UHGV virus genome: UHGV-0098755 | Length of the DNA: 64,000 nucleotides | Reading direction: 5' to 3' (one strand) | From: a virus | Shown here: piece by piece, positions 1-10,581 of the stretch | Numbering within the stretch: position 1 is the first letter of the stretch | Layout of the letters: the number at the start of each line of letters is the position of its first letter | Notes under the pieces: generated by a model | Seen by the model: only the letters and a program-made list of their open reading frames with translations | The model's database searches: none | What the model was told of the DNA's origin: nothing | Translations under genes and position numbers: made by a program

Positions 1-246
1 TTTTAATTTAGCAATTGAACCTTTAGCAGTTAATGTAAAAGGAACAATATGCATCATTTTATCGCCCATCTTTAAATCACGGTTAGTATCACCTCCAGAT
101 GTATAGGTACATAAACGAAAACCTGGTTGTTCAATTGCGTCATCAACATGAACTGAAAAAATTTGCGGTATTTTCTTCTTTGGATTTAAGTTTGTAATCG
201 GAAGAGTAGTATCTTCGTCAAATAATTCTGTAATAAGTTCCATCAT
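1..246 (-). CDS. hypothetical protein, partial (3' end beyond window start)
   Basis: Minus-strand frame opening at ATGATG (241-246), translating MMELITELFDEDTT..., runs off the window edge; absent from ORF track because truncated. Confidence 0.5.
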   Translation of the reverse strand, partial: MMELITELFDEDTTLPITNLNPKKKIPQIFSVHVDDAIEQPGFRLCTYTSGGDTNRDLKMGDKMMHIVPFTLTAKGSIAKLK

Positions 247-280
247 AGCCTCTCTAGTGTTTATTCTATTTATAAAATTA

Positions 281-296
281 AAGGCCCGAAGGCCTT
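281..296 (-). terminator. RNA stem-loop with UUCG tetraloop (AAGGCC-UUCG-GGCCUU on the minus transcript); stabiliser or weak terminator
   Basis: Inverted repeat aaggcc/cgaa/ggcctt abutting the stop codon at 296-298. Confidence 0.35.
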
Positions 297-484
297 TAAT
301 AATCTATAGGTAAGAGAGTACGATATATTTCAAACTTTGGACCTTTTTCATAAGCATCAAATGTTTCTGTAAATTTATTATAAGCGTATGCATCTACAAA
401 TTCGAGAATGACTTGTGATACAGAAGTAGAAACATCTCCACCTTCTTTTTGAGCCACGACAATTGTTTCTAAGTAAGCTTTCAT
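296..484 (-). CDS. hypothetical small early protein (62 aa)
   Basis: ORF track; start overlaps ligase stop (ATGA); in T4-like early gene block. Confidence 0.6.
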   Translation of the reverse strand: MKAYLETIVVAQKEGGDVSTSVSQVILEFVDAYAYNKFTETFDAYEKGPKFEIYRTLLPIDY

Positions 485-1941
485 AGACCAGTTACCTCAT
501 GAAAATCGCCAAATACATCTTCGAACGTATTAGCTTTAGTTTTATCTTCACGTAAACGAATCGCAATCGGAAGAAATAATTTAACGTAATCAGTGCGGCC
601 ATCAGATTTTAACCAACCATTGCATTCGCACTCTAGAATTTTTCCAATATAATAATTTTGGTTTTCCATAATGCGAGTACGGTCAAGTTCATGCGATTTT
701 ACACCGGCTTTATCTTTTAAGCCTGAACCAGCATTTACTTTAATTTTTCCACACTCTGATTCAAGAATAAATCCACCTGCTTTAGTAGGGTCTTTACGGT
801 GAGGATAAATTCCTACAATTTTTAAATCAACATCAATTACTTCTTTAAATTTATAGAGATTTTTTGAACGAGCATTTTCCCATAATCCATCGATATTTTT
901 GAGAATAATACCTTCAAGACCTTGGTCAATATACTTTTTATAAATTACCTTAGCTTCATCTAGGTTATTTACTACCTGGTTTTCAATTAAAATTACTTTA
1001 TCATATCCTGATGTCATTTGTTCTAGTTTAGAAAAACGCACATCATATTTTAAACGAAACGCCGGAAGACCATATATTTCTACCAATGGGACATAATCCC
1101 AGACCTGAAACTTCATGCATTGAGCTTCTTTTTCTGAAATAGTTCCCTTTAAAGATTTATTAGCGATTCCATTAGAAGTAGTACGTGATTCAGCTACTTC
1201 GGCGAATTCTTTGGCTTTACTGATTTCAGGAGCACCAAAAAGAAAATCTAAGCCTTCTGGTTCCTTTTTAACTTGCTCATGGTATACCAATTCGCCATCA
1301 ATTAACACACCTTCTGGATGAATCTGGCGAGCTTCAGCAGTCATTTTGATTAATTCTTCCTTAAGAAGATCTAATCCTAGATATTCATTACCAGCTCGTG
1401 ATAAAAGACGAACATCATCTAATTCATCACCTCTAACTTCAGCAAAACACCGAGCTCCATCTGCTTTTAACTGCGCAAAGGCTGGAAACTTGATATTCTT
1501 ATTAATGCCTTTTTCATCATAAGAACTTGCCAGCATTTGAGGTTGTTCAGGAATTAAACCTGGCCAAACTTTATTTGCAATAGATACTGAAGCACCGCAT
1601 TCAAGGTCTCGCATCATAACTCGACGCAAAACTTCAACATCATCCTTTTTACCATCGGTGATATATCCAATTAATTCCTCAATTGCCGCATTTCCAGTCA
1701 ATTTCCGAGTAGCTAACGTGAATTCAATGAAGTCAAGCATATCGGTAAGAGTCAACATTCCAAAACTCTGGGTAGCAATACCAGGTTTAGGCCATTTCTT
1801 GATATAATACTGTAACCCACGAGAATAAGTCAGACGATATACCCGTTTAAGCAATTCATTATCTTTATTCTTTTCAAGAATTGCTTGCTTCTGCTTAGTT
1901 GATCCAATAGATGCTATTTCATTCAGAATTTTAAGAATCAT
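481..1941 (-). CDS. 30: ATP-dependent DNA ligase (gp30)
   Basis: 486-aa ORF; N-terminus MILKILNEIASIGSTKQKQAILEKNK and KADG adenylation motif (AQLKADGARC) match my recollection of T4 DNA ligase. Confidence 0.97.
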   Translation of the reverse strand: MILKILNEIASIGSTKQKQAILEKNKDNELLKRVYRLTYSRGLQYYIKKWPKPGIATQSFGMLTLTDMLDFIEFTLATRKLTGNAAIEELIGYITDGKKDDVEVLRRVMMRDLECGASVSIANKVWPGLIPEQPQMLASSYDEKGINKNIKFPAFAQLKADGARCFAEVRGDELDDVRLLSRAGNEYLGLDLLKEELIKMTAEARQIHPEGVLIDGELVYHEQVKKEPEGLDFLFGAPEISKAKEFAEVAESRTTSNGIANKSLKGTISEKEAQCMKFQVWDYVPLVEIYGLPAFRLKYDVRFSKLEQMTSGYDKVILIENQVVNNLDEAKVIYKKYIDQGLEGIILKNIDGLWENARSKNLYKFKEVIDVDLKIVGIYPHRKDPTKAGGFILESECGKIKVNAGSGLKDKAGVKSHELDRTRIMENQNYYIGKILECECNGWLKSDGRTDYVKLFLPIAIRLREDKTKANTFEDVFGDFHEVTGL

Positions 1942-2207
1942 TGCTCATCCTTCAAGGTTTGGTTTACAGCTCTATTATAAATCAATTCATCATTAAGCTC
2001 AGGCAAAGACTTATGATATGTGGTTCTAACTTTATTTCCTTGCATCCAGTGCTTGATATAAATGAAACCTTGCTCTACACATTTTTTAAAAATTCGTTCG
2101 TCTTTTTGAGCTCGGAATTCTGGATTGCATCTAAAAAATTGATTTACGTGACCGTAATCACGTGTAGTATTACCTTCATTTTCATAAATAGTGTGAACAA
2201 CAAACAT
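1938..2207 (-). CDS. hypothetical protein (89 aa), 30.x family
   Basis: ORF track; translationally coupled to neighbours. Confidence 0.6.
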   Translation of the reverse strand: MFVVHTIYENEGNTTRDYGHVNQFFRCNPEFRAQKDERIFKKCVEQGFIYIKHWMQGNKVRTTYHKSLPELNDELIYNRAVNQTLKDEQ

Positions 2208-3046
2208 TAGAATGCTCCTTGGAAAATATTATCACCACAAGTAGGTCTATTATACAAATACTCTATACCGCCGGGTTTAATATAGTTCCATGTCTGAAAC
2301 GGATGCGTCTGATATGGATGATATAGATGATTATAAGGATTAAATCCAGGAGTTCTCCAGGTAGTGTTCCAAGGAAAAGAATCGTTTTTAATCATCTTTT
2401 CAATTACATCTTTTATAGCTTTTTCACTATCAAAACTTTCTTTATTTTCCTTTGGTGAAAAAAGCTTATTCTCTACATCGTTCCATGTATAAACTCGCTG
2501 AGCAGTTTTTGGAATACTGTCACGTTCCCCTCGAGCCATCCAATAAACAGGAACACTTAATATTTCACTCGCGTGATCGCAGTGGTGAGCGAGATCGTCA
2601 ATATAACAAATTACGTTATATTTCTCTTTTGCCTTTTTGAACAACTCTTCTTTTGAAGAATCATGGCCACACATCAGTACTTCTGAGAAGGCACCAGGAA
2701 AAAGAGCATTCAAATTAAATTGACGATTCAGCAGAGCGTCAATAGAATCACCCAGTGCTGTAACAGCTACAAAATTATAATCTTCTTTTAATTTGTTAAT
2801 TACACACAGAGCATCTTTATATGGAGACAAGTAACGAATAAAATCCGAACGATTGTATTTTTCAATTAACTTGACGCCAAGTTCTTCATCACAATTAAAA
2901 AGTTTACCAGGAGAAATAAATTTTTCATCTTGGATCATTTTTAAAATATGTTCCAACGGAAGATTATATTTCTGAGCAAAATAAGGAAGGCCTGATTGCC
3001 AGCTTAAGCATACTCCATCAATATCAGTTAAAATAGTAGGCTTCAT
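2207..3046 (-). CDS. HAD-superfamily phosphatase/nucleotidase-like protein (279 aa)
   Basis: N-terminal DxDG motif (LTDIDGVCL) typical of HAD hydrolases. Confidence 0.6.
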   Translation of the reverse strand: MKPTILTDIDGVCLSWQSGLPYFAQKYNLPLEHILKMIQDEKFISPGKLFNCDEELGVKLIEKYNRSDFIRYLSPYKDALCVINKLKEDYNFVAVTALGDSIDALLNRQFNLNALFPGAFSEVLMCGHDSSKEELFKKAKEKYNVICYIDDLAHHCDHASEILSVPVYWMARGERDSIPKTAQRVYTWNDVENKLFSPKENKESFDSEKAIKDVIEKMIKNDSFPWNTTWRTPGFNPYNHLYHPYQTHPFQTWNYIKPGGIEYLYNRPTCGDNIFQGAF

Positions 3047-3507
3047 AGAGAGTCTCTTAATAGGTTTAACACATCAATAAATTCAGCTTCGGTTAGTATT
3101 GTATCATCTTTTGTTAGACCACTAGCCATGCTGTGCTTCAAAACTTTTCCTTTCGAGGCTTGTAATGCATCACGAAAACCCTTGTTTTGAATCGCTGCTT
3201 CAAAATATGCATTTGTGTATAATTCTTTCCACGCCGGAGAGTATCTTGAAAACGGAACTCCAAGCCAGAAGAGGGTCCCACGGTCCTGAGCTCTAGCATA
3301 AGACCTTCCAGCTTGTTGAGCGGCAAGCCCGGATAACCCAAATATACGACGTTGTTGTTCAACATTTTTCACCTTGCATCCTTGGAGGAATCCTTCAAGA
3401 CCTCCAAATTGAATACCATCCATAACGAAAGGCCATTGGGCGAAATTGCTTAATGCACATGATGGCCATCTAAAATTGCTTCTTATCTCTAGCTCAGACA
3501 TTTTCAA
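3043..3507 (-). CDS. NADAR/YbiA-like (DUF1768) protein (154 aa)
   Basis: Motif ALSNFAQWPFVMDGIQFGGLEGFLQGCK resembles the conserved LSNF...PF..DG...E..FQ..K core of YbiA-type proteins. Confidence 0.55.
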   Translation of the reverse strand: MKMSELEIRSNFRWPSCALSNFAQWPFVMDGIQFGGLEGFLQGCKVKNVEQQRRIFGLSGLAAQQAGRSYARAQDRGTLFWLGVPFSRYSPAWKELYTNAYFEAAIQNKGFRDALQASKGKVLKHSMASGLTKDDTILTEAEFIDVLNLLRDSL

Positions 3508-3700
3508 TACTTATAATTTCAACATCAGCCCAATGACCATAGCAAGGAAGACGAAATTCAACTGGCCAGTTAGGGTCCTTTTCTAATATAATAGACTTAA
3601 CTTGCGGTTCTTCGTGTTCATCAGTATACGGACCTTTATACGTTACTTTATATGTGACCTTAATGTACTGAATTCCAAAAATCTTATTAATTATATTCAT
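3494..3700 (-). CDS. hypothetical protein (68 aa)
   Basis: ORF track; compact minus-strand gene array. Confidence 0.5.
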   Translation of the reverse strand: MNIINKIFGIQYIKVTYKVTYKGPYTDEHEEPQVKSIILEKDPNWPVEFRLPCYGHWADVEIISIENV

Positions 3701-3894
3701 ACTAATTCCTTTAATCCATAGATAGGAGATAATTCATCACCCATACGAAGGTCTTCATTTCCATCTACCCAAGAAACAATATAAGCCTCTTTTATTTGAA
3801 TACCACTCCATTTAAATGGAGGTAGAACCTTAGAAATTAATCCAGGTATACCAACTCCCTTTAATTCAACAGTTTGACCTAAAAAGAATTTCAT
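3697..3894 (-). CDS. hypothetical protein (65 aa)
   Basis: ORF track; stop/start overlap with neighbours. Confidence 0.5.
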   Translation of the reverse strand: MKFFLGQTVELKGVGIPGLISKVLPPFKWSGIQIKEAYIVSWVDGNEDLRMGDELSPIYGLKELV

Positions 3895-4181
3895 TAAAAC
3901 CTCATCTGAAACCCGTGTGATTTAACATTACCGCCGCCAATATCAGAAATGTTAATTTCACGCGCAATTGAAGGGTCAATATCAATTTCACGATTGAGTT
4001 TAGTGATAGCTAGGGTATCACGGCCATTTACAGTACGGAACTCTAAAGGGCAGACTACATTAACGTAGTTTTTAATCGATTCACTGGTAGGCTGCAAATG
4101 AGCAGGAAGGTCTTTAGGTGCCTTTGAGAAAACCACTTCACAGAAATTTTTGCGGGTATCAAAATAAGTAGTCATAAACAT
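3894..4181 (-). CDS. hypothetical protein (95 aa)
   Basis: ORF track; ATG at 4179-4181 preceded by GAGGAAAA Shine-Dalgarno. Confidence 0.55.
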   Translation of the reverse strand: MFMTTYFDTRKNFCEVVFSKAPKDLPAHLQPTSESIKNYVNVVCPLEFRTVNGRDTLAITKLNREIDIDPSIAREINISDIGGGNVKSHGFQMRF

Positions 4182-4197
4182 AATATTTTCCTCAATA

Positions 4198-4213
4198 GGG
4201 GGCCGAAGCCCCT
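4198..4213 (-). terminator. UUCG-tetraloop stem-loop (GGGGC-UUCG-GCCCC) between genes
   Basis: Perfect 5-bp GC stem with UUCG loop on minus transcript, between stop at 4223 and the SD of the next gene. Confidence 0.4.
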
Positions 4214-4222
4214 CATTTTATT

Positions 4223-4600
4223 TTAAATATCAAATTCGTTAAGAACTACATCAAAGATTGCTTCAAGATGCTCAGGTTTAGCTCTATTACTCAGAATATG
4301 ACGAATCCAAGTTTTAACCAGAAGCTTACGATTAACGCCATTCCAGCAAGGATGAGTCCCTAAATCGCGTTGACGAAAATCATCATCTAATGCGATTTTA
4401 AAAGAAGAACCTTCTTTCGTGATTGAAACCGTGATGCCATTTTCAAATCGCATATAAACGTAGTTAGGAGTCATATACTGTTCAATTTCGCATACTGATC
4501 CATTTTGATGTTTCCAAAGGCAGATAGTATCAATAGAACCTGCAATACCATTAGAAACATATTTACGTTCAAAGTTGATGTAGTTCATTTTATTCTCCAA
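4223..4600 (-). CDS. hypothetical protein (125 aa)
   Basis: ORF track. Confidence 0.6.
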   Translation of the reverse strand: MENKMNYINFERKYVSNGIAGSIDTICLWKHQNGSVCEIEQYMTPNYVYMRFENGITVSITKEGSSFKIALDDDFRQRDLGTHPCWNGVNRKLLVKTWIRHILSNRAKPEHLEAIFDVVLNEFDI

Positions 4601-4655
4601 GGTGTTTAATTGCGGTACAGGTATATAATATCATATCCTGTACCAAAGTAAACAA

Positions 4656-4988
4656 TTATTTTACTACTTTCCAATGCTGCATGTCAAGTTTACCAACTTT
4701 TTTCATCTTCTCAATTAAGCGTTCGGCACGTTGGCGAGCTGTAACATAATGCCATTCGCCTAATTCATTTTGTTCAATTTTTCCAACGATTACTGTATTC
4801 AATTCATAAATCCAACCAGTAAAGAAATTATGAACTTGGATTGCAAAGGTGAAATCTGTTCCCATACCTTCTGTTGTTTCTACTTCAATAATATCACCTT
4901 CAACTGCCATTAAGAACCACATAGTTTCATCATATTTACCATTGAAGCATTTAGTTTTAACTGTAGCGTTCAGATTAATCGTTTTCAT
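4656..4988 (-). CDS. hypothetical protein (110 aa)
   Basis: ORF track. Confidence 0.6.
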   Translation of the reverse strand: MKTINLNATVKTKCFNGKYDETMWFLMAVEGDIIEVETTEGMGTDFTFAIQVHNFFTGWIYELNTVIVGKIEQNELGEWHYVTARQRAERLIEKMKKVGKLDMQHWKVVK

Positions 4989-5063
4989 TTTATTCTCCTT
5001 TGTTGGTGTAAGATAATACTATCACAAAGGAACCATACTGTAAACAACTTTATGCAATCTTTG

Positions 5064-5092
5064 GAAAATAAAAAAGGACTCCCGAAGGAGTC
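5064..5092 (-). terminator. intrinsic terminator (GGACUCC-UUCG-GGAGUCC followed by a U-tract)
   Basis: 7-bp stem with UUCG loop at 5075-5092 and a run of A on the plus strand at 5064-5074, immediately after stop at 5099. Confidence 0.6.
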
Positions 5093-5098
5093 CTCAAC

Positions 5099-5317
5099 TT
5101 ATGCTTTCTGCTTACCAAAACGAGAAGCATCATCTCGAAGAACCGCACGTGCTCGGCGCATGATCTTCTCAACAGTTTGATTGATACGAGAGTTCGACCC
5201 ACGCTTGTAGCCAGCGCGTTTAGAATCACCAACTTTCTTTTCAACTGCTTTCTTTGCTTTAGCTTGTTTTGCCATTATAAATTCTCTTTTAAATGAAAAT
5301 GCAGGACTTATTGGCAT
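5099..5317 (-). CDS. small basic protein (72 aa; possibly starting at the internal ATG at 5275, MAKQAKAKK...)
   Basis: ORF track; lysine/arginine-rich; followed by intrinsic terminator. Confidence 0.5.
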   Translation of the reverse strand: MPISPAFSFKREFIMAKQAKAKKAVEKKVGDSKRAGYKRGSNSRINQTVEKIMRRARAVLRDDASRFGKQKA

Positions 5318-5394
5318 TGCCTGCGCAAGCCCTCAAGGGGAACATAGGTTTTGAATATTTACCGACAGGATAACCATAAACCTCGTCAACATAA

Positions 5395-5643
5395 TTACTT
5401 CAGTGTTACCACAAAGTGACGAACTGCTTTTCGTGCAGCAGAAGCCAGAGGCTTAGCATATTTAAGTTCATCTTTTTCCTGAAGCTCAGCAGCTAATGCA
5501 GTTTGAGCAGGATTCAGATGTTTGAAATAACGCAGGATTTCAAGAGCTTCGGCTTCAACATCAATAGATGCGCCATAGTTTTCGTGCCCATTATTCCATG
5601 CGTTTCGTTGCAGTTCAAGAGCGTGTTGTAATTGTTTAATCAT
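5395..5643 (-). CDS. rIII: rIII lysis-inhibition accessory protein
   Basis: 82 aa (MIKQLQHALELQRNAWNNGHENYG...), position between 30.x block and gene 31 as in T4. Confidence 0.85.
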   Translation of the reverse strand: MIKQLQHALELQRNAWNNGHENYGASIDVEAEALEILRYFKHLNPAQTALAAELQEKDELKYAKPLASAARKAVRHFVVTLK

Positions 5644-5790
5644 TTAAAAATTCTCGTTAGAGATTAAAACTCGGTAGTCACGTTCTTCTGAATTTCATCT
5701 TCTTTCGACAGATCTCTCAGTTGTAGACTACCACATAGAATTGTTCGGTTAACTTATTATTCCGACACCCAATTCATATTATTATTTATA

Positions 5791-6126
5791 TCACTTATAA
5801 AGACACGGAATAGCTTTATAGTGACAGGTAACAAATTTTTGTTTAATTTCTTTTGGCTGCTTAAGACCCAGAGCTACAAAAGGATGTGGAACGTTTCGAA
5901 TTTGACCAACTGGAAGAGAAGTCAAATCACCAACTTCGCAGAAACCTTCAGGAACATCAGGACCAACAGAGTGAATTACACACAGTTCAGGAACTTCACC
6001 TTGAACACGTTTACCGATAATAAGTCCTGATTCTGTAACTTCTTCATCACCGGCTTGTGCAGGTTCAGAAACTAAAATAACATATTCACCGACAGCACGA
6101 ATTGGTAGCTGTTGTACTTCAGACAT
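5791..6126 (-). CDS. 31: co-chaperonin gp31 (GroES analogue)
   Basis: 111 aa, [22 protein letters not shown] matches my recollection of T4 gp31. Confidence 0.95.
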   Translation of the reverse strand: MSEVQQLPIRAVGEYVILVSEPAQAGDEEVTESGLIIGKRVQGEVPELCVIHSVGPDVPEGFCEVGDLTSLPVGQIRNVPHPFVALGLKQPKEIKQKFVTCHYKAIPCLYK

Positions 6127-6183
6127 CGTTTTTCCTTTTTTGTTAACAGATAAATTAATAATAACAAATAATTCTTAAAGCAT

Positions 6184-6492
6184 TTATTTACCAATAAATT
6201 GGAGCAAATGCTTAACTTTCATACCATTAACAGAAATCAATTTGTCAATAGAAAAACCTCGCCAAGCGCCAAGTTCAACATCAAATACTGGAATCATATC
6301 CGTAGATTCTTTCCGAGTAGATTCAGTCAATTTACCAGTTTGCATGGTTGGCATAAAGTCTGCATCACGAGTACCTTTCATAGTACGAATAGTACCATCA
6401 GACTTTTCAAAAACTACGTTTGAAACACCCATGGACAATTTAGTTTTCAAAATTTCACGAATTGCTACTTTCTGTTCAGTTGTCAATTTCAT
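6184..6492 (-). CDS. hypothetical protein (102 aa), 31.1-like
   Basis: ORF track; synteny. Confidence 0.6.
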   Translation of the reverse strand: MKLTTEQKVAIREILKTKLSMGVSNVVFEKSDGTIRTMKGTRDADFMPTMQTGKLTESTRKESTDMIPVFDVELGAWRGFSIDKLISVNGMKVKHLLQFIGK

Positions 6493-6729
6493 TTATTTAC
6501 CTATTACAGTTTTAATATGGGTTGTTCCACGTTCTTTAAGAGTGGAAAGCAATTTTTGGCATTTTTCTAAATCAGATTTCCAACTATACGGTCTATCAAT
6601 ACAAACCCATTCTGACTTATAATACTGCTTCCATTTAGAGAAAAAATATTTCTTATACTCTACAGCAAATGAAATGTTCTCGTTAGAATAAGAACTAATT
6701 GCTGTGAGTTGTACCAAACGAAATTTCAT
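6493..6729 (-). CDS. hypothetical protein (78 aa), 31.2-like
   Basis: ORF track; synteny. Confidence 0.55.
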   Translation of the reverse strand: MKFRLVQLTAISSYSNENISFAVEYKKYFFSKWKQYYKSEWVCIDRPYSWKSDLEKCQKLLSTLKERGTTHIKTVIGK

Positions 6730-7310
6730 TATTCACCACAGAATTCGTTGATATTTTCCCAGTTTAACTTATTCAAGTTTTTCTTAGGAACATTAAACAC
6801 TTCAATACCTGCATTTCGCAGAATATCATCCCAGCCAGGTTTATTTTTATCGTATGTTTCGCAATAAACTAGCTTTTTAATACCAGATTGAGCTATCGCT
6901 TTTGCGCAATCCGGACATGGAGAAAGTGTTACATACATAGTAGCACCTTCAATTGAAGAACCGTTTCGTGCAGCAAACAAAATTGCATTTAGTTCAGCAT
7001 GAATTTCATTTTTAGACGACCATTCAGAGTGAGCGCTACGATGTTCTTTCGCCAAGACAAAACGATCAGTTGAACCAAATGATACGCATTCAGGCTTATG
7101 ACCTTGAATGATAGTATGTTTAGGCTTATTCAACAACCAACCTTGCTCAGCAGCATAATCACAACAGTTCACACCCCCTGCGGGTGAACCATTATATCCG
7201 GTAGAAATAATACGTCCATTCTTTTCAATTACTGCTCCTACCTTCCAGGAGCAACATTTTGATTCCTGCGATACTAAATATGCAATTTGAAGTACTGTAC
7301 TCGCTTTCAT
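6729..7310 (-). CDS. cd: dCMP deaminase
   Basis: 193 aa; zinc-binding motifs HAELNAI and SPCPDCAKAI. Confidence 0.95.
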   Translation of the reverse strand: MKASTVLQIAYLVSQESKCCSWKVGAVIEKNGRIISTGYNGSPAGGVNCCDYAAEQGWLLNKPKHTIIQGHKPECVSFGSTDRFVLAKEHRSAHSEWSSKNEIHAELNAILFAARNGSSIEGATMYVTLSPCPDCAKAIAQSGIKKLVYCETYDKNKPGWDDILRNAGIEVFNVPKKNLNKLNWENINEFCGE

Positions 7311-7645
7311 TTCATAATCACCAGATAAGCAGATTTAGTAGTTTCAACACGATAAATTTCGTGACGAAGTTTAGTTATACTTTTAATAACAGAACTAATT
7401 ATATTCTGCCCATCTTTAAAGCGGTTTTTCTTATCAATAAAAACTGCGCCAGTCATCTTTTTGTGAAGCTCAACTGGATACTTCGTCACAATAATAGCAT
7501 CATACACAGAAGGATGAATACTATTCACCAGAGTGTCATTCATTAAAGTTATTCTAATGAACTGTGCTGTTTCAGAGTCAAGCGCTCTATGATCGCCAGT
7601 ATCATTTTCAAGACAATTATCAATTATATCAGTTAAATTCATCAT
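7307..7645 (-). CDS. hypothetical protein (112 aa), cd.x
   Basis: ORF track. Confidence 0.6.
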   Translation of the reverse strand: MMNLTDIIDNCLENDTGDHRALDSETAQFIRITLMNDTLVNSIHPSVYDAIIVTKYPVELHKKMTGAVFIDKKNRFKDGQNIISSVIKSITKLRHEIYRVETTKSAYLVIMK

Positions 7646-7878
7646 AGTACGCCATACACCCTTTGTGCTTCAACTAATCCATCAAAATCCAATTTGAGAT
7701 GTGTTATTTGATCACCATCATCTGGATTCACAATTACTAATACTGAACGAGGAGTTTCGGTAATAACACGAACCGATGTTTCAGGAAATCGTTCAGAAAC
7801 CTTATTTACCAATTCCTGTGCAAATAGTTTAACTTTTTCTTGGAATTCTTTAACAGTAATCGGTTTTTCACTTAGCAT
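7642..7878 (-). CDS. hypothetical protein (78 aa), cd.x
   Basis: ORF track. Confidence 0.55.
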   Translation of the reverse strand: MLSEKPITVKEFQEKVKLFAQELVNKVSERFPETSVRVITETPRSVLVIVNPDDGDQITHLKLDFDGLVEAQRVYGVL

Positions 7879-8399
7879 GTTGATCCCAGCTCCTTACTTT
7901 CAACGTTTTTAACTAATTTGACAGAAACTAATTCAGCATCTTGAGTAATCATTACCGGACCTTCTTCATACTCTTCAAGATATTCTAGAGCTTTCTTTTT
8001 AGCTTCTTCCTTCGTATCAGTTTGAGCATAGATATAAAACATACAACCAGTAATACCTACTACTTTCCACTTAATTTCTTTATCAGTTTTAATTTCAAAT
8101 TTACTTACAGAATCATCTTTTTGAACTTCTTCGAAAAAAGAATATTCTAGCATATAAGCAATTGAAAACAACGGGCTAACTTTATAGGATTCACCCATTA
8201 CATCAACAGCTTTATACCAACAATCATCAATTTCGCGTTTAATGCTAATAACATTTTTCGCAGGATCTATTTTTACTTTAAATGAATTTTCCCCAATAAA
8301 CTGGGCAATTCGTTTATTAGCCCCGCAAGTTTCATTAAAAATATCTTTATATCCAGCTTTAAAGCGATAAACCTTATCTTCTTCAAACCATTCGCTCAT
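7872..8399 (-). CDS. hypothetical protein (175 aa), cd.x
   Basis: ORF track; downstream of an early promoter. Confidence 0.6.
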   Translation of the reverse strand: MSEWFEEDKVYRFKAGYKDIFNETCGANKRIAQFIGENSFKVKIDPAKNVISIKREIDDCWYKAVDVMGESYKVSPLFSIAYMLEYSFFEEVQKDDSVSKFEIKTDKEIKWKVVGITGCMFYIYAQTDTKEEAKKKALEYLEEYEEGPVMITQDAELVSVKLVKNVESKELGSTC

Positions 8400-8429
8400 T
8401 TCAATTTCCTCATTTGTTTTGGTAGAGCT

Positions 8430-8459
8430 ATAATATCACAACTCTACCGTAAAGTAAAC
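8430..8459 (-). promoter_or_regulatory. putative sigma70-type early promoter (-35 GTTTAC, 18-nt spacer, -10 TATTAT)
   Basis: gtaaac at 8454-8459 and ataata at 8430-8435 on the plus strand; -10 flanked by inverted repeat GGTAGAG/CTCTACC. Confidence 0.45.
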
Positions 8460-8461
8460 TG

Positions 8462-8737
8462 TTAAATTGCTTTGAATTCTGATGTCTGCGATTCAAAACG
8501 AATATCGCCTTTGATAACTAACTCAGCATCAAGACCGAATACGACAATGATATGCGCAGAACTTGGATACAGCGTAATGGCAATAGAATCCACCTGGTCT
8601 GGAAGCAAAGTGTTCAATACATGAGTCACTTGAGCATGAATTCGAAGCTCAGCTGCGTTATCAAGTTTTTCAAACATATTATTAGCGATAATTTGGCTAA
8701 ACACTACTTCTACGATTTTAGAGTAAGTCGGAAACAT
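8462..8737 (-). CDS. hypothetical protein (91 aa)
   Basis: ORF track. Confidence 0.55.
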   Translation of the reverse strand: MFPTYSKIVEVVFSQIIANNMFEKLDNAAELRIHAQVTHVLNTLLPDQVDSIAITLYPSSAHIIVVFGLDAELVIKGDIRFESQTSEFKAI

Positions 8738-8801
8738 ATTTACCTCACATAATTTTCTTCAAACCAATTAATAATATCCCAAGTTTCATGATGCCAAGCC
8801 A

Positions 8802-9707
<906 letters not shown>

Positions 9708-9935
9708 TTATTTTTTCTCAACTAATGATTGAATATAATCATGTAGGTCTTTAGATGCTTTACCCCACTTATTTTGATATTCATTTTTGAGATTAGCACG
9801 TGATTGAGCTAATAAAACATCATTAGTTGGAGGTAAAGATTCTAACCGCTGAATCTGGCGTCCATAAATCATTGCAGCCATCTCGGATTCATAAATCAAT
9901 CCTTTGAGATGTTCAAATTGATGCCATGAAATCAT
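9708..9935 (-). CDS. hypothetical protein (75 aa), pseT.1-like
   Basis: ORF track. Confidence 0.55.
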   Translation of the reverse strand: MISWHQFEHLKGLIYESEMAAMIYGRQIQRLESLPPTNDVLLAQSRANLKNEYQNKWGKASKDLHDYIQSLVEKK

Positions 9936-10231
9936 TTACATTTATCCTCTTTTAGCTCTTGACGATAATAACATATCATAGTTTTCTGGTCATGTACATA
10001 TCGTTTTACATCATTAAGCCAAATACGAAATTCCTGGGAATCTTCAAATGGCATACCGACCCAAGCTTTACCATCGATAACTTTAACTTGCCAAGATAGT
10101 TTAGCTTCGTCATATGACTTTATTTGTACAGGCCAATTAGGATGAACTGTTTCTTTCTTTACTTCTAGAGGCTTTGTCGAACAACCAACTAGAAGACCAA
10201 TAGATAATATTACTGCTGATAGTTTAATCAT
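9932..10231 (-). CDS. putative lipoprotein (99 aa)
   Basis: Signal peptide with lipobox LVGC (MIKLSAVILSIGLLVGCSTK). Confidence 0.6.
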   Translation of the reverse strand: MIKLSAVILSIGLLVGCSTKPLEVKKETVHPNWPVQIKSYDEAKLSWQVKVIDGKAWVGMPFEDSQEFRIWLNDVKRYVHDQKTMICYYRQELKEDKCK

Positions 10232-10581
10232 TTAGAAAGGTCCTGGATGTCTTCTGCGAACTTGTTGAAGGAGTTGTTGATTTGTTTTTCAACCAATCCT
10301 GGCTTATGAGCCACCACATCCGCCTTCTTTGCGTCTTTGCGCAGTTTTTCATTTTCACGCTCAATAGCAGCAATTGCCTCACGATTTTTATTATTCATCG
10401 CATCAATATAATTATACTGAATTCGCAAATTATTTAATGCTAAGGCGTTTTCATTGGCCGTTTTTGTAATTTCTACAACAGACGTTTCTAATCTTTCAAT
10501 TTTATTTTTTAAAATTAAAGAAGTTCCGCCTAATGCAATTACAATTAATAGCAAACCTGTTGTCGTATTACTTAATTGCAT
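10228..10581 (-). CDS. putative membrane-anchored coiled-coil protein (117 aa)
   Basis: N-terminal hydrophobic helix GLLLIVIALGGTSLIL followed by charged heptad-like sequence. Confidence 0.6.
   Translation of the reverse strand: MQLSNTTTGLLLIVIALGGTSLILKNKIERLETSVVEITKTANENALALNNLRIQYNYIDAMNNKNREAIAAIERENEKLRKDAKKADVVAHKPGLVEKQINNSFNKFAEDIQDLSK

Noticed and set aside
5050-5244. Alternative 64-aa ORF overlapping the basic-protein gene
   Set aside because: Its frame runs through the intrinsic terminator hairpin at 5075-5092 and overlaps the better-supported ORF 5099-5317
6242-6622. Plus-strand ORFs of 60-160 aa antisense to minus-strand early genes (for example 1941-2210, 6199-6423, 6242-6622, 7259-7546, 9202-9600, 10924-11235, 13028-13333, 22352-22831, 39721-40071, 48725-49135, 50798-51160)
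   Set aside because: They lie entirely inside well-supported minus-strand genes, lack Shine-Dalgarno sequences, and their translations are low-complexity and AT-codon biased; they are typical antisense artefacts of an AT-rich genome
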